DNA of 64,000 nt from Phoronis australis. Taxonomy: Eukaryota; Animalia; Phoronida. The position numbers and the translations under genes were made by a program. This document shows positions 15,201 through 28,092 of the stretch, piece after piece. The stretch covers positions 434,001 through 498,000 of the forward strand of contig NMRA01000055.1 of assembly GCA_002633005.1 (NCBI GenBank). The letters are read 5' to 3'. Positions within the stretch are counted from its first letter, which is position 1. The number at the start of each line of letters is the position of its first letter. The notes under the pieces were generated by a model that saw only the letters and a program-made list of their open reading frames with translations, was not told where the DNA came from and did not search any database.

Positions 15201-18200
15201 TCTGGTGTTAAAAACGTCCACTATCTTCACAGGTATATTTACTCTACCTAAGTAATGTCATTGTATTCTTATCCATTGTCTGCATTGAAACTGGTTGCAA
15301 TCAATTGCTTGAAATGTCCCTGATGGTCACACTGTGTTGATGCCTGAAAGTAACCCACCAGCTTTTGAATTAAATTAAAGCCTATCTTGAACAGTAACAC
15401 TTGTAAATTTGGATCTTGCATTATGTTAAGAGCATAGTTCTGAGCCCACTAGTTCCATAAACTGCCAAATGTAACGAACTGTTTGGCGTATTGGCTTGCT
15501 TTTGTCTACGTCACCGCGAGAATCACCTTTTAAAGCAAACACCTGCAAATAACACCTGTACAGAGTGGTGTTCTATTCAGACCCCTGTTCAACACAACTG
15601 TTATCGGCCTTTTGTTGGGATCTTGATGCAAGATGGCACGAAAAGGCAGCTTCACCTATCATTTGACGGGTTACATGTTTGCATGATTGAACTCGCATTT
15701 TCTTATTTTACTAAGGCTTTGGTAGGTCTATCTGGTGAGCCCAATACATCTAAAATAACAAAATTCCGTTGAAGTTAGGCTGTAATATTCTTCACAACAT
15801 TCACCTATTTAAGCTTAAGTGACATTTTCATCACATTTGTTAATGGTAATTTCCCTTCTGGTCTCAATTTTACACAGTTCTTTGACAAACTGCTTTTCTG
15901 ATCACCCATGAAATGTCGTTGATTTCCACGTTCTTTGGCAATTCTTGGTCAACCAACTCAGTCAAGTAGGTTTGCCACCTGGTGATTACATTAAACGATA
16001 TTGACCACAACTACATTAATATGAGCAGAAGAAGGGAAATGACAAAAACTAGTCTAATATTTCTGCACAATTAAACAAGAGCAACGCGGAGCGTTGAATG
16101 CGATAAATACACTTGCTAAATTAAGTGAAGATCCTGCAAACGGTTTAATAGATACAGCCATGAGCGTAAAAAAAACAAAACTGCCACTAGGAGGTGCCAC
16201 AGTAGTCTAACTCGGAAAATCATCGTTAGCTGTCCACAGAAAACGGGAGGATAGCATTATCTCACTAATTGGTGCCTATATACTAAATTTTATGAAAATC
16301 CATTCACGACTTTTGGAGATACAGAGGTAAACGTAAAAAACTAAAATTGCCACTAGGGGGCACACCAGTAGTCGGATCCATCCAAAACTTTGCTCATGCT
16401 GTCCCATCCATGAAAAGAACACATGTGCAAAATTTCATGAATATACGTCAAGATATTTTGGAGATAGAGCAGCGGACGCCGGATGGACGGACGAACGGAG
16501 ATGACGGCATAGTGCGCCCACATATAAATATGTGGGCACATAAAAACATACAGCAACAATTGTTGATGTAAACTGACCCAAACCAGGCATCAATCAAAAA
16601 CAAACAAAAGGCTCAATCTATTAGACACATACCTGGTGTATAAACATTGGAAAAGCCATGTTTGGAGGCAGAACCGTAGATGCCACCTATTGACGGCAAA
16701 TAGAAGCACGGCCTCGACCAGCGAATCACTTCAGCAGTCTCAGGCAGACCATAGAGCAGCGACTTCCAGGCGTCAAGACTTCCGCACAAACTGTCTCTCA
16801 TGTTATCCCACATGGCACTACGATCTGATGCATGCCAGTCACGTGATCGGCACATGACCTGTGAAATACGGAAATACACAATCACACAGAACAAACTGGT
16901 ATTAACAATGAACTAAACTGAAGATTAGATAAGATCCTACTTGGTGTAGCCTAACAAAGATCATACATTCCAAATTTAGGCAATAGTCTCTTTTGTTCTT
17001 TGTGGCTTGTTTCTTAGTGAACCTACATCTCCACACAACGTTTGCTGCGGTGTGCTTCTATGGGTGTTTTTAGTATCATAAAAATGACCATTAGATGGCG
17101 CAGAATTCGTCAAACCTGAGAAGGTGGCACTGTCTCTGTAATACACAACAATTTGCCAACTCCTGAGATATAGATGTAAATGTAAAAAACAACTGACACT
17201 AGGGAATACAGGTATAATCCAATTCGTCTGAAACTCATTGCCATCTGTTGCCATCTCTATAGGAGCCCACATGTAAAACTTTGCAAAAATCCTTTAAAAA
17301 GGGTTAAGCAAATACAGCCGTAAACGCAAAAAAAGCAAAAATTGCCCCTAGGTGACGCCAGATTAGTCGAAACCATCTGAAAATGAACGTTGGCCGGGGT
17401 TTTCGCATCAGGAACACAACCCTTTATTTTCGTAATTATCCTTTGAGTGGTTTAGCAGACAGAGGCAGATGTCAAAAAACTACACAAACATTTTTAAATG
17501 GTCACCAGGCGGCGCAGAAAAATCAAATCTGTCCGAAAATGGGAAGGCATTGTCGTCTCCTTAATAGAAACCTATTTGCCGAATTTCATGAAAAATAAAT
17601 TAATGAACTCTGAAGATACACAGGTGAACATTAAAAAAAACATTTTGCCACCAGGGGCACAGTGATATTTGGATCAGCTCGACGCTTGTTACCGTTTGTC
17701 GTCAACTCCACAGAAAAACATATTTCAAATTTCATAAAGCTCCTTCAAAAGGTTAACGAGATTCGGCTACAAAAGCGAAAAACAAAATCGGCACTAGGGG
17801 GCAACACACTATTCGGACCCATCCGAAAGTTAATGCCAGTCATGGCCTCCTCATCAGGAACAGATCTGTAAAATTTCATAATGATCCTTCAAGCGGTATG
17901 GCAGATAGAGAGGTGGACGCCAGAAAACAGAAGTAAAAGCAACAAAAATGGCCACAAAGTGGCGTAAAATTCACCCAATCCGTCAGAAATATATTGTTGC
18001 ATCATCGCTTCCTTATTAAAAACCTCTTTGCCAAATTTCATGAAAATCCATCAAAGAACTCCAAAGATACAGAGGCAAACGTAAAACAATAAAATTGCTA
18101 CTAGGGGGCACAGCAGCAATCGAATCAGTCCAAAACTTGTCGTCATTGCAATCAGCCCCATAGGAACACACCTGCCAAATATCAATAAGATCCTGCAAAC

Positions 18201-20686
18201 GATTTAGGATATACAGCAGCGGACGCCGGATGCCCAGAGGTGACAACAATATAGATACACATATAAATATGTACTTCGGGAGCAAGTTTTCGGTTATACA
18301 GAATTTGTTAAATGCACGACACTTTTCATTGTTCATAGTCTTTATTCCGTTGCGTTCATACTCTACTCTCAACTGGACATAGATACAGTAACTGACCTAG
18401 CGACATAATTAAAAGACACACGATATTTCGAAACATACTTGTTTCATTCTCAAGTGAAGATAAGATGACGCACGTAAAATCACCCGTCAAGAAATTGTGG
18501 AAAACACGTCAATTCGCTACGTGGAGCAAGATGTGCTGCGTTTGAAAGTATTAGAGTCTCTTTTAATTGCTTTTGAGAAGCCTATTTTGAATGAGCAGCA
18601 AACAGGGTCGCGCCGCACGTTACACTTGTTTGCGTGACCTTCCTGTTACCCCAATTCTTTAGTCATTCTTTGCAGTATTTCACCCCCGCCGTGTCTCACT
18701 GTGTGTGTCGTCAGTTTATACTCTGTGGTGGAATTACTGCGTCATTTTATCTTCACTTGAGAATGAAACAAGTATGTTTCGAAATATCGTGTGTCTTTTA
18801 ATTATGTCGCTAGGTCAGTTACTGTATCTATGTCTATGTCCAGTTGAGAGTAGTTTTGTTCCGAAAGTATGAACGCAACGGAATGAAGACTGTGAACAAT
18901 GAAAAGTGTCGTGCATTTAACAAATTCTATATAAATATGTGGGCACATAAAAATTAAGAAAGTGACCATTCATCTACACACTTGTTTGCACACGTGTTGA
19001 ATAGTCCTTTTGCGAGTTTATAACAATAACGCGAGATTATGTGAGACTCAACTGTGACGTCACGGGAAGTGGGGCAATAGCTTTTCGTTTGGCCATTTGC
19101 CCAATACGGTAGCAGAGTGTATTCTGTTATTCTCTTCGAGTTTCTAGCCGTTTAGTTCGAAAAATGCCAAACAAGCATTGCTGTTATGGCTAATGAAATT
19201 CAGATTCGCACTACAATACGTTCAATCGCGTTCTGTGCTAATTTCGTCCCGTGTATTTTAAACGGGAGGTAGGCGAAATCCGCTCACTGATAAGTTTTCA
19301 CCTCGTCAAAAAATACATTCTACACCTAAAATTATCACCTGAAACTGCGCTTACTTCCTTCAGTGATCCTTTCTGCTTCTAAACATATCTTCGATGAAGC
19401 ATAGCTACGGGAATTCAGGTGACTTTGGCGAAGAATTCCAACTCCACTTTGTGGGTAGCCTACTGTTAACTTTGACCCAGCGCGATAACCAAAAAGTATT
19501 TCGACTGAGTCAGGGGAGTGCGAGGCAAAGGCTAGCGCGAGACTGAGCGAAGTGCGAGACCTGGCGCGTGACACTTGCAAAATAGCATGAGAAAATATCA
19601 GGTGAAATTTGTAAGATTTGTCTCCCTTGGACTTTTTTTCGTCAACAGGCGTGATTTCACGTAACTTCCTCAAAATGGCGCCCCGTGAGAAAGCGAGCGA
19701 ACCGCGAGGTTTTCATGGATATGTTTAAGTTATTTGTAGACTAAATTGTATCCAGAGTCAGAGTATGTGTTAATTATAACTCCATGTGCTCATATGCATG
19801 TTTCATTTGATTTTATTTGCTGTATTTGAAGTGAGTAACCTTTTATGGGGATACACTATCGCCCCTGTATGCCTGCAGCATTCAGGCCTAGACTGGGTTG
19901 AGTTCCAATTTCAGTCCGTTCACACCTTCGCACAACATAACAAGTTCACATTTTCTTCGTCCATTCACAGTTATTCCACGATCCATCTACCATCTCTAAA
20001 GTTGTGTTAACGTTTTAAGCGTAAAATTCACCATAAGAACTCCAGTAAGATTTAGCGTGTGTAGCAAAGACTCGGGGCAAAACAAGAGCAATATGGCGGG
20101 TTTTGCCCCCCTTCCGGTGACGTCACATTGACTAACGAGAAACTCGCAAGTGAGCTATTATGGAAACTCGACATTAATAGCTTCCACAAGGGGCAAACTG
20201 ACTCTGGTCTCCTCTGTGCTACTGAATATGTCACAGAGCATAACTGAACACTGATGGGGGAAATCAAAATCATCCACAGTCATATCACAGGAATTAAAGA
20301 TAGGATGATAACTTCTGGTACATTTTCACATTAGATTTTATAGCAATGTTATGTATTACCACATACGTTATTTCATTGTCTATTGAACTAAGAATTTGTC
20401 ACTTGGCATAATTCAACTTTACTAGGGTCAACCAGATTCAAATTCACTTAAAGAACGAAGAATATTTTACATTATTAACATAAATAAGCTAAAAACACTT
20501 TGGAAACACCCGAATCTGGGACTGAGTTTCAATGGTGACTTTACATACCTTGGGAACTGAGTAGTACAAGTGAGGAGGGAGATGTGTTGGTTGACACTCA
20601 AAGGTCACCGGGTCACGCTCAACATGAGGGTGTTGGGGGGCTAACTCAAGAGCCAACTCTGATGACTGATGCGAGCTCGAGAGCTT
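76..20686 (-). CDS. INO80: INO80 chromatin-remodelling ATPase, partial (3 internal exons; gene extends beyond both window ends)
   Basis: Exons 20549-20686, 16633-16858 and 76-203 splice in frame (phases 0/0/1/0) to ...[16 protein letters not shown]|[15 protein letters not shown]...[18 protein letters not shown]|[43 protein letters not shown]. This matches the INO80 insertion region and the start of the helicase C-terminal lobe (human [36 protein letters not shown]). Confidence 0.93.
3483..3638. repeat. 37-bp tandem repeat, about 4.2 copies
   Basis: cagacattgtcagatttgtgccagttattataaattt at 3483, 3520, 3557 and 3594. Confidence 0.95.
4620..4744. repeat. 20-bp minisatellite, about 6 copies
   Basis: acagtgaccggcacaccacc unit with minor variants. 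Confidence 0.93.
9261..9603. repeat. 34-bp minisatellite, about 10 copies
   Basis: ttactatcccaaaatatgatgtacatttacccag, near-identical units. Confidence 0.96.
12561..14272 (+). mobile_element. Helentron/HINE-like non-autonomous element, copy A (unrelated insert near 12600-13100; 3' hairpin missing)
   Basis: Starts aacaagagcaacgc...tgcgcccac; degenerate internal units containing aaattgccactaggggg; (gacg)n microsatellite near the 3' end. Confidence 0.65.
16074..16546 (+). mobile_element. Helentron/HINE-like element, copy B
   Basis: aacaagagcaacgcggagc start; ggacggacg microsatellite; terminal hairpin gcccacatat-aa-atatgtgggc followed by ataaaaa. Confidence 0.72.
16633..16858 (-). CDS. INO80: INO80 exon
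   Basis: tttcacag|GTCATG...CCAG|gtatgt; 226 nt; the DRSA...GSL..K.LLYG.PE...GG pattern aligns with human INO80 CNDRSAEY...GGSLAAKQCLLNGAPE...GGLWSIRPQNGWS. Confidence 0.9.
18273..18928 (+). mobile_element. Penelope-like retroelement, 5'-truncated, with inverted pLTR
   Basis: 18468-18637 encodes the C-terminus of the GIY-YIG ORF ([11 protein letters not shown]...LHLFA*), followed by the pLTR and ORF N-terminus. 18273-18467 is an inverted copy of the pLTR. Flanked by the direct repeat atataaatatgt (18261-18272 / 18929-18940). Confidence 0.88.
18754..18791 (+). ncRNA. Variant minimal hammerhead-ribozyme-like motif in Penelope pLTR (inverted copy at 18419-18456)
   Basis: cac-TTGAGAA-tg-aaac(aagtat)gttt-c-GAAA-tatc-gtg: closing stem, CUGANGA-like box, stem II and GAAA. 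Confidence 0.5.
19000..20159 (+). mobile_element. ISL2EU/Harbinger-related non-autonomous DNA transposon with a decayed THAP start
   Basis: Imperfect TIRs aatagtccttttgcgagttt / aaactcgcaagtgagctatt; subterminal inverted gacgtcacgggaagtggggcaa / ttgccccccttccggtgacgtc; 19164 ATG reads [13 protein letters not shown] (THAP-like). Superfamily is inferred. Confidence 0.55.
20549..20686 (-). CDS. INO80: INO80 exon
   Basis: tttttcag|AAGCTC...CCCAAG|gtatgt; 138 nt; ends [16 protein letters not shown], like human C..TELPSFLCVASPR, immediately before the next exon. Confidence 0.8.
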
Positions 20687-23499
20687 CTGAAAAAGCAAGT
20701 GAAACATGTAACAATGGCAAAGCGTTCATGTTCGCACTCACGCAGATTNCCTCTGACCTCGAGAAGAACTGAAAGTTTGTTATTTCTTCAGTCCAAGTTC
20801 ATAAACTTCCGCTCACGTCATGACCGGAAATATTATGACACCAATCTGAAGAAATAACGAACTGCCAGTTCTTTATAAATATTACATCTACTGAATATTC
20901 GAAACTAAATTTATAATGGCAAGTGATCAACATAGAAACTTGGTTCTTGGGCAGAAAGCGCAAATTAGTTGCAACTTCAACTATTCCTAGAAAATAAAAA
21001 ATTGTCACTGAAAAACAAGCCATGACTAAAGATTATAGTTGTGCCCAATAGAAGATACGTCCTGTCAACTTAGCTTATGCAACAAATGCTCCATTGGATG
21101 AACGTGGAAACCCACAATAAAATACCGCAAAATGAGATACGAAAGTTGGATCTATTTATTTGTTTACTTATTTAATATCGACTGACCACACTAGCGGTAA
21201 TTAAATACAGCACAACTAGTGTGAAAAATTAACATTAAACAAAAGCGAATAGATATACTAAGACACGAATTAAAAGTAAGAATGGTAAAGAAGACTAAGG
21301 TACAAGAAAAAAATGAAAAATAAACTAAAAGCGATAATCAATGTAAGGATGATACGAAAAAAGCAATTCTTCAAACAAAAGGAATCATGTGTTTGCAGTT
21401 ATACTGCAGTGCATAACGAATCTCAGAAGAAAACTTGGCACAAAAAATAGTTATCGACGACAACTTGAAATAAATTTGAGTAAGAAATAATCTTCTTTCA
21501 TTCTGACCGGAAATTGTCTAAGCTACCCAATCAACACAGCTCAAATACACAAGAACACAGATCAACTCATTGACTCACAAACACGGCCCGTCAGACCCGC
21601 TCTCACAAAACACGGCTCACGCACCCTAGCAACACAGATCACTGACTGAAACATAACGCACCGTGCGCAGGAGCTGCAGCACAAACGTGTTTGCGATTCA
21701 GTGCCTGCATGGTTGCATGAAACAATCCCCAGTTGGCGAATGACCTCCATTTTGTCTTTATCATGGGCTACTCTTTTACGTTAATTTCTAATAATATATT
21801 TGAAAAATGAGCCTTTATTTCAATGAAAATGAATGGGAACTTAGTCTTTAAATTAGGGACGTTGCACGAAAAGGCCCCTATTCAACACAGAACTAGTATT
21901 GTCGGTGTATCTCAAAGCAAATGAAGACAAATTGGTGTTTTGTAAGTTCAATGAGTATTTGTACAAGTCCACAAATGCGGTGGATATGGTTGAGTCCCTA
22001 TTTAGGACGGCTTCGTGCTGTAGTATTGATTGCACACACAGACCCACTGGGTGAGGGGCGGGAACAACCCCAGGTTTTCAGGCAAAAATATGGAAATTCG
22101 GGAAACAAGAAAAGTTCGGACAGCGCAGAGTCCAATGAATAATACGGGGAATAGTTCAGAAGCCGTATCGACAGTAAAATGCATAAAACAGACAACAGAC
22201 AATAGAGTGTGTCGAAGTAGGTAAAATTTCCAGTTGCCCAAGAATGTCGTGCAACATTTTTGTCAAGTTCTACAGCATCAATACACGCAACTCAAACAAT
22301 CAAAAATGTGAAAAATGACAACCATCCAATAGCACAGACGAAGGTTTGAGTTGGAAAGCTAAAGAGCAATGTTTGTGAATAATACCCGATAGTGTCATAA
22401 TGGCAAAATTGTCGATATTTTCGCCTGAGGAATCACAAGGGTAGTATTTTTGAAGGTCGCTTGAAGGTCGTTATTAGGAAACCACTACTTCTAAAATGCG
22501 AAGTTTTTCTGAGAAACTAGCTGTGTATATTAAACTGTCAGACGTGATTTTTTTAGAATTATTTGTGAGAAGTTTTATCGACGGATTTCAATGTCATCGA
22601 AGTATTGACGGTCACGAACGAAACTTTCTACGTTTTTTCCTTGTTTTTTTAAATACAGGTTTGGCGCTAAAACCGTAATAGGCTACATCTGGAAATCACT
22701 AGAATTCATGTAACTAAACACGACTTCTGGAAATTTTTCGGGAAGTGTCCAAAAGCCCCATGAGATTAGGGATAACTCAAAGCCCATGAGGCCTCCCGGG
22801 TCTCATGCTCACGGCCTCACACTTGCGAGCACGCCGTTTAGAAACGTAGAAAGATTTTTCATTGAAGAATGCGGCTATAAATCAAATTTTGCACCTCAAC
22901 ATGTAAACAATGGCATGTTTCAGGTGACTCAACGCATGTCAAGGGTTCACTATTTGTTTACATGTTTGTGCGTCTAAGGAGAATCAACTAAAAGTCCTTA
23001 TTCATACATAATTTTTGCCAACTATACATAAATTCGTAATAAATATGTTTCAATGAATGTTGATGCAGATTGAATTTTCACTGTTCCCCCAAAGATCAAA
23101 TTTAATACATGACTTTTGGTGGGGTGTTAACCACAGTTCTCCAACGGGAAGTGTTCGCGTATCCTAAAAAATGTTTTGCTGTGTCCGGAGGGGTCACTCA
23201 GTTCGCTTGTGGGTGACTCTATGAGAATTAAAGCAATGTTTCGGTGCATGTTGACTGAAGTATGTTGACGAAATTCGGGTAAAACTTTAGGCTATCATAC
23301 GCCCACCTCTCCCAATCGGCAAAGTTCAGAGACACCTATGGGTGCGGTTTGTAAGGCTAAGACGTGTTTGTGATTGCGGGGCCTTGGTTCTGAATCATTG
23401 TTCTGAGCGGTGTTCATAAGTGCGGAGCCACATTGTGAGGTCGGATACTCTGCCTATATTATAAATCCGCTTTCCATCAAAAAGATAACTAAGTTTTAA

Positions 23500-23682
23500 C
23501 AGTGGCGTATTTAGGAGGGGGGGGGGGGGNNNNNNNNNNNNNNNNNGGGGCAAGGGACCATGCCCCCTAAAATTCTTCCAGTAATTTTCATTTGTCAGAT
23601 CGGGGTCGAATGTCTGACATCCAAAATCCTGGCTAATACTCTGCCCTGGCCCCACCTAACTCGAGATCTTGAATCCGCCGCA
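23500..23682 (-). mobile_element. hAT-like MITE (same family as 60542-60861)
   Basis: cagtggcgtatttagg... and ...aatccgccgc termini; similar in reverse to 60542-60861; contains an N gap at 23530-23546. Confidence 0.5.
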
Positions 23683-25943
23683 GTTTAGATCATTCATTGC
23701 ACTGAAACTATTCTCAAGTTGTTCCTTACGCTGATGAGGAGTGATTTCCGGGTTTTGCAAAAACTGACAGTTCGTTATTCTTTAATTGGAAAGATTACCA
23801 TGTCGGCGATATAGAATGACACGCCATGAGATGGCAACTTGTGGTACCTGGTCCAATGCAATAACGAACTGTTAGTATTATGAATGTTCTGAAATCGCCT
23901 CTAAAGTGAACTAAGGAACAATTTGAAAACAATTTCATAACGATGACTGACATCTACCAAAGTTTTTCTGTCACGTAAGGCGAGAGTAGACGGTTTAAAA
24001 ACCTTCTTCAATTAGAATTTTGTCCACAGTAAGATATTTACTTCAAATAGCAGGGGAGTCCCAGTGTTGTAAAAATCTTGTGTAAAATCAAATTTAAAAG
24101 TCACAACAGAGAAAAAAGAAAACAACCAGTAAAGACGAGAAGGCTGACTGGAACATCTACTCGTGGCACCGGCAATCCGAAGCCAGATAATGCCTCCGAC
24201 CAAACTCGGTTTCATTGATGTCACGGGCAAGGTTCAATGCAATGTCCAACATCAGGCACTCAGGCTTACGGAGGTCCCCAATTTTTCGGTAGATCTGTGA
24301 CGTTAGCCAAATTTTATTGGGAATATGATAAGAATTTTTTTCAAGTGTAAAAACAAAATCGTTTGGTTTTTTTCAAGTGTAAAAACAAAATCGATATTTT
24401 TGTACCAGCAGTGGTTTCCGACTCTGACATAAGTTTATTCGACAGCGATGAGATAAATAGTTCATTGTTCGACTGAATCTAAGTTCACGTTGATTGCAGC
24501 GACACCTTTTGCGTAAATACGATACAACAACGCAAATCAGACATACTCCATAAACCAATGGCTAAGAAGTGCCTAGTGCTAACAGAGATTTGAAATTTCC
24601 GTGGAAGGTTAGGCATAAATTCAGCTACAAAACCGTGCCGGGTGTTAAAAAACTGAGTCTAGCTTTTGACATCCATTGAGCACACTCGCAAAACTGACAC
24701 TAAGTGACGTCACGGAACTAATACATCCTTCCATTGATTCCCAGGTGTCAGACAAATATGTCACGTCAACAGACTAATAGACGATGTTTTCTAATAATAA
24801 TAGACATGGATGTCAAATTTTGTTGTGAGATGATTAAATTACGTCACGTAATCAGAGTAATTGACGATTTTTTCTAATTATAATACACACGGATGTCAAA
24901 TTTTGTCCGCGTGAAATCATCAAAACCTATTATGTAACGAACTTACTTTCGCGGAACAAGTGGACCCTCCAGAAAATTTAACATTTCTCAATAATGTTTG
25001 GTTATCATATATTGTACTATGCGTTGAATTTGCTTTAATTGCCTATCGTGGATTTCAATCCACACATTTTTTATACTGCTCATGTCAACACAACCCACTA
25101 TGCTGAAATTTGAAAACTCAGCACGGGAACAGTAATTTTTATTTCATCTATAATCCAGGGAGATCTTCACTAATTAGAATTAACTTCGAAGTATTTTAAG
25201 GAAAGATGTCGGCACGCGTTGTACAAAAACGAAGCTGGCGCTATATAAATGGGGGTGCGTGCTATTAGAAGTTATATAAAAATGCCTGGTTGATTCAAGA
25301 CTGCCTTGAAGACTACTACGACGGAACAACACAAAATCAGTCTTAGTAGAATGACAGTCATAAAATCGGGCATGCATTAACTTCACAGCATCAGCAAAGG
25401 CCACTGCTCGTTGTTTTTTCCAAGAAACAATCCAAGGGCAGTCGACGATTGCACCAGGTGAAAAGACAGACTATTTTTTAAGGAATAGCTGGATACATTT
25501 GCCGTACGTGCGCCGACAACAATAACGACCTCTATGTGCTGCTAATTAGAAACGTGATAGCGAGTTCAAGAACAGTGCCGTTAGTTTACAAAAATAGTTA
25601 GAGGGGTTCCATACCGTGCCCATGAATTTAAACGGCAATCAAACCACGTTCCGAGAAACTAAATTTTGGCTTAGATAACTTACTACTATGATAAAATTGA
25701 TCTTAACTTGTTTCTTATTCAGAAGAGGGAAGCAAGTTTTGGTCGTGTAAACATCTGGCACATGGTCATTGCTATACACCATGCACCATGCACAGAATGT
25801 CCGTTTCGTGAAAAGTGACTAAAGACTCAAGTCAGAAACTTGGTCTTATACTCCACACAACTATGTCTGAAAAATACTAAAAATCATGCTTGAGCAAAAG
25901 TGCATGTCTCTGAGAATAACCATATAGCAGCTACTTACATCGA

Positions 25944-26132
25944 TAAGTGTTATAAATTGTTTTTAAACTGTGACCTGGTCACAATTGGCTAAACTTTTTT
26001 CAACAATAGTAATATGGGAGTCAAGATCCAATTTCTGGGGTAAGTGTTATAAATTGTTTTTAAACTGTGACCTGGTCACAACTGGCTAAACTTTTTTCAC
26101 CAATAGTAATATGGGAGTCAAGATCCAATTTC
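25944..26132. repeat. Tandem duplication of about 97 bp
   Basis: taagtgttataaattg...gatccaatttct at 25944 and 26041. Confidence 0.92.
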
Positions 26133-27918
26133 TTTTATAACTGAAGTCACTCTCACAAAACACAACCCTGATCTCAAGCAAAAACAAAATGTCAGTTCTT
26201 TCGAAGACCTGCAGTCATAGACATTTTGGTAAAGGAACAATTTGAGACTAATTCCATAACAGCAAGTTGCAGAAATCAGATAAAAAAATTGTCATGGAAG
26301 GCAGGTTTATAGCCACGGTAAATGCTACAATCAGCTTTTTTACACCCCAATGTAGTTGGCCAAAAGCATCAAGGATTTTCGAACAGTCACCAAAAAGACG
26401 CATTGGTTCAATAAAGGTTTTAATAATAATTAAAGAGCAATAAACATATTTTAACATGATACATTTCATTGGGTATCCTAAATAACATCATCAACACATT
26501 AACAAGTGGCAAAAATTGGCATAAAATACAATGACGACCAAATCTGGACATTTATGTCAGAAACATTATAAAAACATCAACATAAAATAATTGACCGCTG
26601 CCTGAGTTAAAAAGTAACATTACAATATCACTCAACAACATCACTATCAAAAATCTCTAGTTTAAGTGTTGCCACTAGAAAATACCAATCAATGATGTCC
26701 TACCTCTGCGAGGCATCAACATTATGAAACTTTAAATTCAAAACAGAAATTTCTTACACATACACTTAATGATTATAATATTTGTTGAGGTATTTCTCAC
26801 AGCCATCAAAAATAAATTACAAGCAATAAATAAAGATTGTCACAAAATTCACCAAATCTTATTCAAACATTGTTAATATTGACTACAATAGTAACCGAAG
26901 GTCATGTAAATTTCAAACTAAGGCAGTTCACAAAGAAACACCGACAAACAGTCAAATGAAACCAATTAAATGAACAAGCCTTCTGATATTTTCAACTTAC
27001 GGCTTATTTTATCTCGTTACTTTTTTCTTAACAGACAAAGGTCTATGGACGAATTTCCAAAAGTTTTCATTCAATTAATTGTTGCAATCAAGGGAATGTG
27101 AATTATTTTAAAAGTCGCCTTACTACAACAAAGGACTAAAGGACAAAATTTGTCATATTATGCATGTGATTGAGGTACACAGAAATCGGCTTTAGGTCAG
27201 CACAAATATCACAAAAAACAGTGCTTGCAGAGATCATTCGCCTTTGTAATGTGTAATGTATCACATTGATTGAAGGTTATGTAGGCTCCAAGAAAATGTC
27301 CAAATTAGCTTATTGCAAAAGATCATACATTAATAACAAATGGTCACCTGACCCTGCTAATGGCAAATTGGTGAAAAGTTGAAAACAAAATTCTATAGGC
27401 TTTCTAGTTTCGTAAAATACATACTTTTACAGAGTTAAAATCTGTTATTTTGAAGACATTTAGTTAAATACAAAGACTTGTTGATACAGTCCTGCGTAAC
27501 CTTGAGAAAGAAGTAACACTGGGCATTACAATAATACTTAGTCACTATAGACCACGTTCTGGGGTTAGAAACATCAAGTTTCTCCGTGCGTGTATTTGCT
27601 CCACCAAAACCTTCTTTTTGCATTCTACACTTGACATTGTGGTGATTTGTATGCCATGGTTTACATGTGATAATTCTGCACAAGCCATGCTGTTCTAAAA
27701 CAGTATGGCAACTGTTTACAGTTTTAGCACCAATAACTTGCAATTACTAAAGGAAACACTGCACCTTTTAACAGCTCTTGTTAGATTTTGTTCCATTTAC
27801 TTTAATCCAGAGGAATTTTAAGCACCATTTTAGTATTTAGACAGTTTTAAAATACAGACAACTCACAATATTTTGCACATGACAATGTTAGAACAAACCA
27901 TATAACTGAACACGTCCA

Positions 27919-28092
27919 TTAATCTTCATGTTTGCTCAATTGGAAGACAGCCACAGCGCCACCTAGCCTGGCTCCAGGTCGCGAGCTGTGACTGGCTGTG
28001 ACGGTGAGAAAAGAAAATCTTTCAGATGGCACCACAGTTACGGCTGTACCGAACCTCGCGCCATCCTCACCAAACTCCAGCACAAGATCAGC
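27919..28092 (-). CDS. GPLD1: GPLD1 exon 20 (stop codon)
   Basis: ADLVLEFGEDGARFGTAV...SSRPGARLGGAVAVFQLSKHED*; compare human SSRFGSS...RSSLGARLSGALHVY. Confidence 0.92.
   Translation of the reverse strand, partial: ADLVLEFGEDGARFGTAVTVVPSERFSFLTVTASHSSRPGARLGGAVAVFQLSKHED

Larger units (their letters stand above)
17040..18953 (+). mobile_element. Helentron/HINE-like element, copy C (terminal hairpin interrupted by a Penelope insertion)
   Basis: Same internal units as copies A, B and D; ends atatgtgggcacataaaaa at 18953; 5' boundary approximate. Confidence 0.62.
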
